The notes: a model not told the origin generated them from the letters alone. Positions 19,802 to 29,313 are shown, numbered from the stretch's first letter. The stretch: DNA of 64,000 nt from Chitinophagaceae bacterium (GCA_017495115.1 JAFEIJ010000045.1:18884-82883), one strand, 5' to 3'. Numbers and translations: made by a program.

Positions 19802-21121
19802 TTAAAGTTTCATGCTTTTAAGCTCTGCGCAGTTCAAAAACTCAGGAGCTATTTTGATATGTAATAAATGTTTGTAGTTATTAAACCATATTTCGCTTTC
19901 TTCGTTTCTAAATGATTCCATGTTCATTTGTTTGATTCTGGAATAATCTGTTTCGATACTGGCTTTATGCGGCGGTATTTCTTTCATTAAACGTACGATA
20001 CGATATCCAACTTTACCAGTTGGTGAAACATATTCCATAGCATCTGTAATTTCGCCAACGTTCATTTTGTTGATATATTGAGCTAAATCAGGTTCTAATT
20101 CTCCAATTTCAAAATACGAAGATTGTGTTTTGAAATTATATACAATACCACCATTTTGTTTAAAAACATCATCATCCGAATATAATTCGACCGCCTTTTC
20201 AAAATTAATTCGACTGCCTTTAAGTTTGGTACTTATCGAATCCGCTAATTTTTTAGTAACTGAAAAATCCATGTCATCCGATTTTGGCGTAATTAATACG
20301 TGTCGAACACGAACTCGATCCATTTTCTTATCTAAAACCTCTAAAACATGATAACCATAGCGTGTTTCAAAAACATCCGAAAGTCCGCCAATTGGTGTAG
20401 CGTAAGCTGCTTGCTCAAACTCAGGAACCATTTCACCTTGATTGATCCATCCTAATTCACCACCTCTTGAAGCCGTTCCTTGGTCATCCGAGTATAAAAT
20501 CGCTTGTGTGCCTAAATCCGCTTCTTTGGACATTAATTTTTTTTGAATTTCTAATGCTTTTTCTCGAGCTTTACGTTTGTTTTCTCGCGTAATTTTAGGG
20601 AAAAATATAATTTGTTGCATTTGAATTTCAGCATTAAAATATGGAATGCTGTCTTTTGGAATGGTGCTAAAAAAGTTTTTAACTTGCTTTGGAGAAGGCT
20701 CTTCGCCCGCAAACAGTTTGTTGCGAGTTCTTTCGGCTCTTAATTTTTGAGTAACATCATCTCTGAATAAAACTTTTAACTCCGTAATGGTTTTTTCATA
20801 ATATTTCTCCAATTTGTCTTGTGTTCCAAATACCGACACAAAATACGCCATCCTTCGTTCCATTTCATTATCCACTTCCTCGTCGCTAACCATAATACTG
20901 TCTTTTTCTGCTTTGGCAACCAACATTTTTTCTATAATCATTTTTTTGAGCATCGCACAATCTGTGATACAAGAGTCTTTTTCAGTTATTTTTTGAGCGC
21001 TAACATCGGATAAAAGTATAATTTGATCATTAACAATAGCCGCCGTTTTATCTAAAACAATTTGCTGTGCGCTTAGGTGGGTAAATAGTAATGTTAATAT
21101 TAAAAAAGGGGTAAACTTCAT
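19802..21121 (-). CDS. SurA-like periplasmic peptidyl-prolyl isomerase (parvulin type)
   Basis: Signal peptide, a SurA N-terminal-like region, and a parvulin domain (GGELGWINQGEMVPEFEQAAY...YGYHVLEV). Confidence 0.8.
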   Translation of the reverse strand: MKFTPFLILTLLFTHLSAQQIVLDKTAAIVNDQIILLSDVSAQKITEKDSCITDCAMLKKMIIEKMLVAKAEKDSIMVSDEEVDNEMERRMAYFVSVFGTQDKLEKYYEKTITELKVLFRDDVTQKLRAERTRNKLFAGEEPSPKQVKNFFSTIPKDSIPYFNAEIQMQQIIFFPKITRENKRKAREKALEIQKKLMSKEADLGTQAILYSDDQGTASRGGELGWINQGEMVPEFEQAAYATPIGGLSDVFETRYGYHVLEVLDKKMDRVRVRHVLITPKSDDMDFSVTKKLADSISTKLKGSRINFEKAVELYSDDDVFKQNGGIVYNFKTQSSYFEIGELEPDLAQYINKMNVGEITDAMEYVSPTGKVGYRIVRLMKEIPPHKASIETDYSRIKQMNMESFRNEESEIWFNNYKHLLHIKIAPEFLNCAELKSMKL

Positions 21122-21131
21122 GCGTACTGAA

Positions 21132-23066
21132 TTAGTTGTTTTTATATAATTTATTAATTTCTGCTTGATTCCGTTTGATTGGATATTTTTTTCTTAAAGA
21201 TTGCATCCATGAATCTTCAAGTTCCTTTTGATAATCATTAGCTACGCGCCCTTTGATTTCATCATAAGGTTTAATTGAAGGGGTTAAAATGTCATTAATT
21301 TTAATGATTACATATTCATTGTCATCATTGATTTGTATTGGAGTTCTAGAATTTTGTTCCCATTTGATTTGATCTAAAAAGGGGTTTTCTGATTGTTCAT
21401 ACGTTTGCTCAATCAAATAAAATGCATTAGAATCTAACGATTTTTTCAAAATGGCTTGAATAGATTTTGGGGCTTGGTTGTTTTGTAATTTTTTATAAAT
21501 ATCTTCGGCAACAGCTTTTTTAGAAGTTCTGAATTCTTCCACTTTTGCTCGTAATTTATATTTGTAATTTTCTTTATTTTTTGAATAAAAATTTTGCAAA
21601 GCCAAAGTGTCTTGAATTGCTTTGCGCCAAATGTCGCGTTCCATTAATTCAAAAATCAATAACCCATCTTGATATTCTTCGAGAAGCGATTTAAATTCTG
21701 CATTTTCTTTTTGTAAAATATCTTTTGCCGCTTCATTAATTTTCTTTTCTTTAAAATTGTTATAAATAGCTGAAATAAAGCTTTTTGTATTTTTGCTTGT
21801 ATTCGCTGCAAAATTTGTATTTAAAAACTTAGCAAAGTCTTGCGCTTTATATTCTTTCAGATTTACTTGAAACAATACTGGATTTTCTTTTGGAGACCAT
21901 TTCCAGCCTTTTTGAGCAAAGAAAGTGTCATTAATTTGAGAAATTAACTTTTGAAAAATTTCAGGATTTTCTTTAAAGCTTACTTTTTCATTAATTCTTG
22001 ATTGTGTCTTTTGTCTTATTGAAACCACGCGTTCGTCTTTTTCTATTTTATATCGAATCATTGATAACATTTCCTCTTTAGAAGATTCGGGAATCATAGA
22101 GTCAAAACGAACGATATGCCAGCCAAAAGCACTTTTGAATGGTTTAGAAAACTGACCTTTAGTTTTTAGTTGGTATGCGGCTTCTTCAAATTCGGGTACC
22201 ATTTGATTAATTCCAAAAGGAGGTAATTGGCCATTGGTTTTTTTAGTAGTTTGGTCTTCGGAATATTGGTTTACGGCTTCTTCAAAGGTTTTTTGTTTCT
22301 TAATAATAGATTGATACGCTTCGTTGATTTTCTTTTCAGCTAATTTTTTCTTTTGAGCGTCTTCGTTTTCATCTTTTGTATAAATATGAGAAACGATAAT
22401 TGGTCGTCTCGCTGCTCTTCTTTTTATAGGCATTACGATGTGGTATCCATTGGTTGTTCTAAAGATTGGAGAAGCTTTGCCAAGTGGCGTATTATAAACC
22501 GCTTCTTCGAAAACCGGGAACGTCATAAATATACTTATAAAACCAATATTTCCATAATTTGTTTTTGAATTAGGATCTTCTGAAAATTCAGAAGCATTTT
22601 TTTTGAAATCTTCAAAATTTTGAATGGAAGCAGCTATTTTCTTGATTTTTTCAAATGCAACCAAACTGTCTTCATTTGTAGCGCTACATTTTATATGGAT
22701 ATGATAAACTTCCATATCTTCTTTACTGCGCTCATATTGGTTCGCAATAAATTGCTCTATTTGACTTTTATCTGTAAAATGATTTTGTATCCATTGAGAC
22801 ACATAGCTTTCCATTTCGGTTTGTAAATTAGGAAGCGTGTCTAATTTTTGGAGTTTGGCTTCTACTTTTTTAAGTAAAAATGTCTCATAAAGACGAATAT
22901 ATTCATCTACATCATTTTTTGAATACGTTGGGTTTTGATTATTTTTTTTGTAACCCTTATGAAACGCTTCTACGGTAAAGCTTTCTTTTTCTACGGTAAA
23001 TAAATTTTGAGCATTCGTAGAGAAATGAATTATCAAGGCAAAAATTGAAAATACAAACTGCTTCAT
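21132..23066 (-). CDS. PpiD/SurA-like peptidyl-prolyl isomerase with two parvulin domains
   Basis: Signal peptide and two parvulin-like segments (GNIGFI...FPVFEEAVY...NGYHIV and GQLPPFGINQMVPEFEEAAY...FGWHIV). Confidence 0.75.
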   Translation of the reverse strand: MKQFVFSIFALIIHFSTNAQNLFTVEKESFTVEAFHKGYKKNNQNPTYSKNDVDEYIRLYETFLLKKVEAKLQKLDTLPNLQTEMESYVSQWIQNHFTDKSQIEQFIANQYERSKEDMEVYHIHIKCSATNEDSLVAFEKIKKIAASIQNFEDFKKNASEFSEDPNSKTNYGNIGFISIFMTFPVFEEAVYNTPLGKASPIFRTTNGYHIVMPIKRRAARRPIIVSHIYTKDENEDAQKKKLAEKKINEAYQSIIKKQKTFEEAVNQYSEDQTTKKTNGQLPPFGINQMVPEFEEAAYQLKTKGQFSKPFKSAFGWHIVRFDSMIPESSKEEMLSMIRYKIEKDERVVSIRQKTQSRINEKVSFKENPEIFQKLISQINDTFFAQKGWKWSPKENPVLFQVNLKEYKAQDFAKFLNTNFAANTSKNTKSFISAIYNNFKEKKINEAAKDILQKENAEFKSLLEEYQDGLLIFELMERDIWRKAIQDTLALQNFYSKNKENYKYKLRAKVEEFRTSKKAVAEDIYKKLQNNQAPKSIQAILKKSLDSNAFYLIEQTYEQSENPFLDQIKWEQNSRTPIQINDDNEYVIIKINDILTPSIKPYDEIKGRVANDYQKELEDSWMQSLRKKYPIKRNQAEINKLYKNN

Positions 23067-23174
23067 TGCTGAATTTTTATTTAAATATTGAAAAAATAAT
23101 ATATAACGGACAAAAATATCTAAATTTAATTTATTGTAATCATTAAATATTTCTAAATTTTTTGGTAATTGGAA

Positions 23175-24740
23175 TTAATTCGACTTTATGATTTTTTTCC
23201 AATATGTTTTTTTACCAACTTGAATATTTAAAAAATATAAACCAGGACTGTAGTCTCGTAAATCAATCCATAAGTATTGGCTTTTTGATTGCGAATAATA
23301 TATTTTTGAAGGGTTTGCATGTAAAAAACGGTATAGCGAAATTTCAACAATTGTATCTTGATTCGTATTATTAGTTTCAACGATTAGATAATCTTTTGTT
23401 GGATTTGGATAGATATTGAATGATGAGCTTGTAATCGTGTCGGTGTTAATTTTAGGGATTCCAAAGCCAATATCAAAATTTGGATGATTAAAATTTGTAG
23501 ATATTCGATATAGCCAATCTTTTAATTCATAAGGCTTTAAAGTAGGATTTGATTGCCACATACAAGCCAAAAGTCCTGTAATAATTGGAGCTGAAAAAGA
23601 GGTGCCATTTGCAAAATAATACCCTGAACTGTCCCATAGACACAAGGTTCGAACACCAACGGCACATACATTTGGTTTTAAAGTTGGATTTGCGGTAAAT
23701 CCTCTAGAACTAAATGGGGCGACATTTTCGTTGATATCAATAGCTCCAACGGCTACAACATCTTTTGCGTCGGCAGGTGCAGATAAATATTTCCATGGTC
23801 TATTTCCTTGATTTCCTGCTGAATTTACAACGATGATACCTTTTTCAGAAGCAATTTGAGCTGCTTTTGTGGAAATTGAAGTTTTGCCATCCAAACTTGA
23901 CGGATTATAATTAAATTGAGGATCATCAAATTCGGTATAACCAAGAGAAGAGTTGATTAAGTGCACGCCTATACTGTCTGCTTTTTCTGCAGCTAAGGCC
24001 CAATGATATTCTTCGATAGGACTTTCAAAACTTGGATTTTCAGTAGCAAATAAATAATACGTGGCGTCAGGAGCAGCTCCAATTATGGTATCTTTGATAA
24101 AACTTGCCATACATCCTAAAACAGCAGTTCCGTGAAAATCGCCTTCAAATAATGAACTAGAATTATTATAATCAAAAACAGGGATAATTCGATTTTGAGA
24201 TTGAGCCTCATTAAAACATTTTAGTTGATTTGCATTTTTAAATCCTGCATCAAATACGGCAATTTTTATACCAGCCCCTTTAAGGTTTTTTTTATGTAAA
24301 TAGTTAAAGTTGTGGATGTTTAATTGATCCCATGTGTCTCCATATTCCTTTTTTTCAAATTGAATATCGAGTTTGCTTTGCTTGGTTTTCTTTATATTTT
24401 GATCATGAATTTTTACAATCGATTTTACAAATGAAAGTTTTAATAATTGATTAAATTGTGTTTCATTTAAAATAACTATTGCTCCAAAAAGCCATCTCGA
24501 CCATTTGAGATTCGGCTGAATACTTTCTATTTTTCTTTTTATATCTTTAGGAATATCATAATCAAGTGCATCAATAGGAACTTGATATGCTATTTTTTTT
24601 TGAAATGCTTCTTCTGAAATTGCAAGTTTTTCTATAGCTCGATAATCTTCTTTTATTGAAACAAAATAGGTATTTTGTGCAAAAATAGTAATGCCAAAAA
24701 ATAAAAAAAAAATTGTAGATAAGATTTTGAACACAAGCAA
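23175..24740 (-). CDS. Secreted S8 subtilisin-family peptidase with T9SS C-terminal sorting domain
   Basis: The catalytic triad contexts are AVFDAGF (Asp), HGTAVLG (His) and GTSFSAP (Ser). The C-terminal FNIYPNPTKDYLIV...GLYFLNIQ matches the Por secretion tail pattern. Confidence 0.8.
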   Translation of the reverse strand: MLVFKILSTIFFLFFGITIFAQNTYFVSIKEDYRAIEKLAISEEAFQKKIAYQVPIDALDYDIPKDIKRKIESIQPNLKWSRWLFGAIVILNETQFNQLLKLSFVKSIVKIHDQNIKKTKQSKLDIQFEKKEYGDTWDQLNIHNFNYLHKKNLKGAGIKIAVFDAGFKNANQLKCFNEAQSQNRIIPVFDYNNSSSLFEGDFHGTAVLGCMASFIKDTIIGAAPDATYYLFATENPSFESPIEEYHWALAAEKADSIGVHLINSSLGYTEFDDPQFNYNPSSLDGKTSISTKAAQIASEKGIIVVNSAGNQGNRPWKYLSAPADAKDVVAVGAIDINENVAPFSSRGFTANPTLKPNVCAVGVRTLCLWDSSGYYFANGTSFSAPIITGLLACMWQSNPTLKPYELKDWLYRISTNFNHPNFDIGFGIPKINTDTITSSSFNIYPNPTKDYLIVETNNTNQDTIVEISLYRFLHANPSKIYYSQSKSQYLWIDLRDYSPGLYFLNIQVGKKTYWKKIIKSN

Positions 24741-24759
24741 AAATAGTGAAAAATTACTA

Positions 24760-24897
24760 TGTTTTAAGATATTTATCTAGAATCTCATGAATACAATTCG
24801 GTTCAATGGGTTTAATAATGAAATTATCCATCCCAATATCAATATATTTTTGATGTACTCCTTTATAAGCTCTTGCTCTTTGTGCAACAATTGGGAT
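24760..24897 (-). pseudogene. Remnant of a response-regulator receiver domain (C-terminal 46 codons only)
   Basis: The minus-strand translation is IPIVAQRARAYKGVHQKYIDIGMDNFIIKPIEPNCIHEILDKYLKT*. It aligns with the REC beta4-alpha4-beta5-alpha5 consensus (PIIALTAhAmkgd...GMDdyl.KPi....L). An in-frame TAA precedes it directly and no upstream REC sequence remains. Confidence 0.45.
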
Positions 24898-24969
24898 TTA
24901 GTTAATCATTAAGATTAATATCTTTATTGATTAATTAAGGCGCCCCCAAAAACAAAATTAATTAAAGTT

Positions 24970-26580
24970 TTAATTGCTGTTTTTTCTATTCCAAGCGGCT
25001 TCAACGAGTCCTTTAAATAATGGATGTGGATTTTCGGGCGTACTTTTTAATTCAGGATGGAACTGCGCACCAATAAAAAATGGATGATTTTCTAATTCTA
25101 CAATTTCAACTAAATGATTTTCAGGATTAATTCCAGTAGCCTTTAGCCCCTTACTAGTTAATAATTCTAGATATTCATTGTTAAACTCATATCGATGTCG
25201 ATGACGCTCCGAAATCATATTGGTTTTATATAATTTAAAAGCTAAAGAATTTTTATCAATAGAGCAGTCATAAGCACCTAGACGCATGGTGCCGCCTTTT
25301 TGAGTAATATTTTTTTGTTGTTCCATTAAATGGATAACAGGATATTTAGTTTTTTTATTCATCTCAAAAGAATGTGCATCTTCAAGATTCGCTACATTTC
25401 GAGCAAATTCTATAACGGCCATTTGCATACCTAAGCAAATACCTAAAAAAGGAACATTTTGAGTTCTACAATATTTAATGGTTTCAATTTTTCCTATAAT
25501 GGCACGTTCCCCAAATCCTGGTGCTACTAGTATTCCGTCATATTTTGCTAAAATTTCAGAAGCATTGGATTCATTGATGGTTTTACTATGAATCGAATCC
25601 ACTTTTACTTTTATTCCTTTTGCCGCTCCAGCATGAATAAAGGATTCATAAATAGATTTATAAGCATCTTGAAGCTCAACATATTTTCCTACTACGGCAA
25701 TATTTACTTCTTTTTTAGCATTTTTTAAATTACTTAAAAACCGTTTCCATTTTTCTAATTTAGGCTCTTGTTTCGATTTAATTTTTAATTTATCTAGCAC
25801 CACTAAGTCGATTTGTTCTTTAAGCATGTCAAGAGGCACGTCATAAATACTTTCTTTGTCAATAGCTTGAATTACGGCATTTTCGGAAACATTACAAAAA
25901 AGGGCTATTTTTTGTTTCAAATCTCTTGGGATTTCTTTCTCCGTTCTACAGATTAAAACATCAGGTTGGATTCCATTTTCTAATAGTAATTTTACGGAAT
26001 GTTGTGTGGGTTTTGTTTTTAATTCTTTTGCGGCACTCAAATAAGGCAATAAAGTAAGATGACAAACAATTGCATTTTCTTTTCCTTTGTCCCAAATAAA
26101 TTGTCTTACTGCTTCAATATAAGGTAAACTTTCGATATCGCCTACGGTTCCTCCTAATTCGGTTATTATAAAATCATATCTTTTTGTTTCATTTAATAAT
26201 GTAAATCTCCGCTTGATTTCATCTGTAATGTGAGGAATCACTTGAACAGTCTTTCCTAAAAAAGCGCCTTGACGTTCTTTATCTAGAACAGATTGATAAA
26301 TACGGCCTGTCGTAACGTTATTTGCCTGAGACGTATTAATGTTTAAAAAACGCTCATAATGACCTAAGTCCAAATCTGTTTCTGCGCCATCTTCAGTTAC
26401 GTAGCATTCACCATGTTCATATGGATTTAAAGTGCCCGGATCAATATTTAAATAGGGGTCAAATTTTTGAATAGTTACTTCAAAACCTCTATCTTGAAGC
26501 AATTTGGCTAAAGAAGCTGCAAAAATTCCTTTACCTAAAGAACTAGAAACACCTCCAGTTACAAATATATATTTAGTCAT
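24970..26580 (-). CDS. pyrG: CTP synthase
   Basis: The N-terminus is TKYIFVTGGVSSSLGKG. The glutamine amidotransferase domain carries GICLGMQ and HRHRYE. Confidence 0.95.
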   Translation of the reverse strand: MTKYIFVTGGVSSSLGKGIFAASLAKLLQDRGFEVTIQKFDPYLNIDPGTLNPYEHGECYVTEDGAETDLDLGHYERFLNINTSQANNVTTGRIYQSVLDKERQGAFLGKTVQVIPHITDEIKRRFTLLNETKRYDFIITELGGTVGDIESLPYIEAVRQFIWDKGKENAIVCHLTLLPYLSAAKELKTKPTQHSVKLLLENGIQPDVLICRTEKEIPRDLKQKIALFCNVSENAVIQAIDKESIYDVPLDMLKEQIDLVVLDKLKIKSKQEPKLEKWKRFLSNLKNAKKEVNIAVVGKYVELQDAYKSIYESFIHAGAAKGIKVKVDSIHSKTINESNASEILAKYDGILVAPGFGERAIIGKIETIKYCRTQNVPFLGICLGMQMAVIEFARNVANLEDAHSFEMNKKTKYPVIHLMEQQKNITQKGGTMRLGAYDCSIDKNSLAFKLYKTNMISERHRHRYEFNNEYLELLTSKGLKATGINPENHLVEIVELENHPFFIGAQFHPELKSTPENPHPLFKGLVEAAWNRKNSN

Positions 26581-26677
26581 AAAAACGAATCGAAAAATTA
26601 AATATTTGTGGGCAAATGTACAGATAATTTAATTAAACGAATCTAATTTGTTCACTATTTTAGTAAACAAAAAAGCC

Positions 26678-27442
26678 CTATTTTAAAGAAAAAGGATAAG
26701 GATAAACAACGTCGACTAAATGTAATCCATTGGCTGGGGCTAAATTAATATATTGAAGAGGTGTTTGATGAATTAAAGAATCTCTAAAAGATTCAAGAGA
26801 TAATTTGCCTCTTCCTATCATTATTGATGTGCCTACAATACGACGAACCATATTATGTAAAAAACGATTGGCGCTAACTTCATATCTCCAAGCGTGTTCA
26901 TCAAGCTGTATCCATTCGGATGTATAAAGAAGACATTTGGTTTTTTTTGTTTCTTTGTCCAATTTGATTAAAGGTAAAAATTCATCAAATTCAAGAAGGA
27001 TTTTTGCGGCTTCTTGAATTTTTATGAAATCTAAATTATAAAATGGGAATTCGTAACTGTAAAGTTTTAAAAAGGGATTTTTGCGTGTATGTAAAAAATA
27101 GTGATATTTTCTTGAAGTAGCGTCAAATCGGGCATGTGCATTATCTTTGACTGGAATAATTGAATGTATTGAAATGCTTCTAGGAAGTAACGCATTCATT
27201 TTCATTGCAAAATTAGAAGTCAGTTCTTTGGGGCCATCCCAATGTGCGATATAATAATCGGCATGAACGCCCGTATCGGTTCGGCCGCAACCAATTATTT
27301 TTTGTGAAACTCTTGTTAAAACCGTAAGGGCGTTTTCGATTTCTTCTTGAATCGATGGATGATTGGGTTGAAACTGCCAACCACTAAAATTGGTACCATC
27401 GTAACTTAATGTTATAAAATATCGTTGTTGGCTTTGGCTCAT
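26678..27442 (-). CDS. truA: tRNA pseudouridine(38-40) synthase
   Basis: YFITLSYDGTNFSGWQ.Q and the catalytic GCGRTDTGVHA are present. The ATG at 27442 is preferred over the longer ORF start at 27490 because it follows the upstream stop by 4 nt. Confidence 0.9.
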   Translation of the reverse strand: MSQSQQRYFITLSYDGTNFSGWQFQPNHPSIQEEIENALTVLTRVSQKIIGCGRTDTGVHADYYIAHWDGPKELTSNFAMKMNALLPRSISIHSIIPVKDNAHARFDATSRKYHYFLHTRKNPFLKLYSYEFPFYNLDFIKIQEAAKILLEFDEFLPLIKLDKETKKTKCLLYTSEWIQLDEHAWRYEVSANRFLHNMVRRIVGTSIMIGRGKLSLESFRDSLIHQTPLQYINLAPANGLHLVDVVYPYPFSLK

Positions 27443-27446
27443 ATTA

Positions 27447-28844
27447 TTATTTCGTTTCGGTATCAAAAATATCAAAATCTTGCGATTCAAATAGAGGCTT
27501 CCATTCCATTAATATCCTAAGATTTGGGGGCAATAAATTGTTATGACGATTTCCAATGTGTTTTATAATTCCAAAAATCGCATTTTTATATCTAAGAAAA
27601 TAATATCCTTTTTTTTCAATTGATAAATCAAAAATTTCTTTGCTTAAAAATTGTAAGGCTTGAAATTTATTAACTTCTACAATATCTATCTTTTTTTCAT
27701 CCAAGCCTTCAATAGTCGATAAATAATAATTTGGAATAAACCCATTTTTTGATTCTTCTCCAATAGGTATTCCGATTTGTTTGATATATAAGTGTTTCTT
27801 TATTACGGGTAGCATTTTCAGAACAGAATGACTCACCGCATACGTCGATTGTGGCATTGCGTATTCTGAAATATGTTCTAAAAATTCATTTAGAAGATAA
27901 TCTTGAATATATTTTGTTTTAGTGTTGAAAAAACTAGGTTTATAATGCGATTGGATTTCTTCTTCTTTTTTTTGTAATATAGCACAAAAAAAGCCTTCTC
28001 CTTTTACTTTATGAGGATAAAATCCGTAGCCATTAATTTCTTCATTTTTAACTTCTGAAATGCCCCAATTTTCATCAATTTCAATAGAAATAGTATTAAA
28101 CAATAGTCCACTTTTTTTCAACTGCAATAAAAGTTTCTCATTTTCGCCAGGATTAAACGTACACGTGCTGTATATCAAAATGCCACCTGGTTTGAGTGCA
28201 GGCCATACCTCGTTTAAGATGTCGAATTGCCTTAAAGCGCATTTTTCAGTATTTTCAATATTCCACTCTGTTGCAGCTTGCGGGTCTTTACGAAAAAGTC
28301 CCTCGCCCGAACATGGTGCATCTACAGCTATGGCATCAAAAAAATGAATCATTTTACCAAAATCAGACGCATTGTTTTGTGTAACTACCATGTTTGTTTT
28401 TCCCCATTTACTTATATTTTGTTTTAAAGCGGCATTTCTTTTTTCTATAATTTCATTACAAACAAGAAAATCTGTAATTTTGATTAAATTAGAAATAAGT
28501 GTCGATTTGCCGCCTGGAGCGGCGCACAAATCTAAAACGGAATGGAAAGGGTGTCCTTTGAGTTTTAACTGCTCAATAACTTGCTCTAAAAACATACTAC
28601 TCGCCTCTTGAACATAGTAATGTGAAGCCCAAAAGTAGGGATCTAATGTAAAAATAGGTCGCTTTGGTAAAAAATAACCGTTTGAGCTCCAAGGCACTTT
28701 AGGAAAGTTGATTTTTGAAGATTTTGAAGAGTTTAATCGAATTGAAGTTGCCGATGGCTGATTTAAAGCATTCAAAAATTGAGTTGCGTCTTCTTTAAAT
28801 TGCAACTTAATGCGATCTTCAAAAGGAGTTGGCCATTGAGACAT
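27447..28844 (-). CDS. RsmB/RsmF-family RNA cytosine-C5 methyltransferase
   Basis: The SAM-binding motif DLCAAPGGKST and the catalytic motifs DAPCSGEG and YSTCT are present. Confidence 0.8.
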   Translation of the reverse strand: MSQWPTPFEDRIKLQFKEDATQFLNALNQPSATSIRLNSSKSSKINFPKVPWSSNGYFLPKRPIFTLDPYFWASHYYVQEASSMFLEQVIEQLKLKGHPFHSVLDLCAAPGGKSTLISNLIKITDFLVCNEIIEKRNAALKQNISKWGKTNMVVTQNNASDFGKMIHFFDAIAVDAPCSGEGLFRKDPQAATEWNIENTEKCALRQFDILNEVWPALKPGGILIYSTCTFNPGENEKLLLQLKKSGLLFNTISIEIDENWGISEVKNEEINGYGFYPHKVKGEGFFCAILQKKEEEIQSHYKPSFFNTKTKYIQDYLLNEFLEHISEYAMPQSTYAVSHSVLKMLPVIKKHLYIKQIGIPIGEESKNGFIPNYYLSTIEGLDEKKIDIVEVNKFQALQFLSKEIFDLSIEKKGYYFLRYKNAIFGIIKHIGNRHNNLLPPNLRILMEWKPLFESQDFDIFDTETK

Positions 28845-28941
28845 TATATATAAAGGGTATTTGAATTGTAATTAAAATGAAAATATTTCAAATAGTCGAG
28901 TTTTTAAGATGAATATAAAGGTGTATTCCGATATAAAAGAA

Positions 28942-28949
28942 CAAATATA
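28942..28949 (-). promoter_or_regulatory. -7 promoter box (TAnnTTTG), candidate promoter of the rsmF-like/truA operon
   Basis: TATATTTG on the minus strand lies ~98 nt upstream of the ATG at 28844. Confidence 0.3.
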
Positions 28950-28951
28950 AA

Positions 28952-29176
28952 TTATTTAAAAAAAATACAAGGGTTCGTTTTAGAAAAAAAGAAGAATAGG
29001 CGGGATTCAGCTCTAGTTTCAAACTCTTTAAAATAAACAATTTTCCATGGTTTGAAAGCTTTCGTTGAATGAATGTATCCATTATTGTGTCTTAAAATTC
29101 TTTTAGTTAAATCATTTGTTTGTCCGATATAAAAACGGTCAAATTTTTCAGAATAAAGGATATAAGTGAAAAACAT
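28952..29176 (-). pseudogene. GIY-YIG nuclease-family gene, copy A, C-terminally replaced or truncated
   Basis: The first 56 aa match copy B apart from two substitutions (MFFTYILYSEKFDRFYIGQTNDL.KRILRHNNGY.HSTKAFKPWKIVYFKEFETRA). After residue ~58 the conserved helical tail is replaced by the unrelated RLFFFFSKTNPCIFFK. Confidence 0.6.
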
Positions 29177-29199
29177 AGAAAGATAGAATCTACTAAAAA

Positions 29200-29230
29200 C
29201 AAAAAAAGACTTACCGAAGTAAGTCTTTTT
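29200..29230 (-). terminator. Rho-independent terminator (copy A)
   Basis: The stem AGACTTAC/GTAAGTCT closes a CGAA (minus-strand UUCG) tetraloop. A T-run follows on the minus strand, immediately 3' of the tRNA-Leu fragment. Confidence 0.7.
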
Positions 29231-29231
29231 G

Positions 29232-29309
29232 TACCCCGGGCGGGACTTGAACCCGCACGGACATTACTGCCCATCCCGAATTTAATTCGGGACGCGTCTA
29301 CCAATTCCA
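29232..29309 (-). pseudogene. 5'-truncated tRNA-Leu(UAA)-like copy (lacks tRNA nt 1-10)
   Basis: The D-loop, variable arm, T-arm and 3' acceptor strand are identical to the intact tRNA-Leu. The 5' acceptor strand is absent. The anticodon arm is replaced by a different, perfectly paired 6-bp stem (TCCCGA/TCGGGA) around the loop ATTAAAT. Confidence 0.7.
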
Positions 29310-29313
29310 GAGT

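Larger units (their letters stand above)
29003..29309. repeat. Direct repeat copy A (GIY-YIG 5' two-thirds + terminator + tRNA-Leu nt 11-86)
   Basis: 29003-29273 aligns with 29401-29671 at 5 mismatches in 271 bp (period 398 bp). A divergent 23-nt versus 21-nt anticodon-arm segment follows, then 13 identical nt. Confidence 0.9.

Noticed and set aside
28999-29005. The heptamer TCCCGCC (minus strand) at the point where GIY-YIG copy A loses homology. The same 7 nt form the T-stem/acceptor junction of the tRNA-Leu, hinting at a third, older tRNA remnant.
   Set aside because: Only 7 nt match, and the following sequence (TATTCTTC) does not continue the tRNA acceptor strand. Chance or microhomology cannot be excluded.
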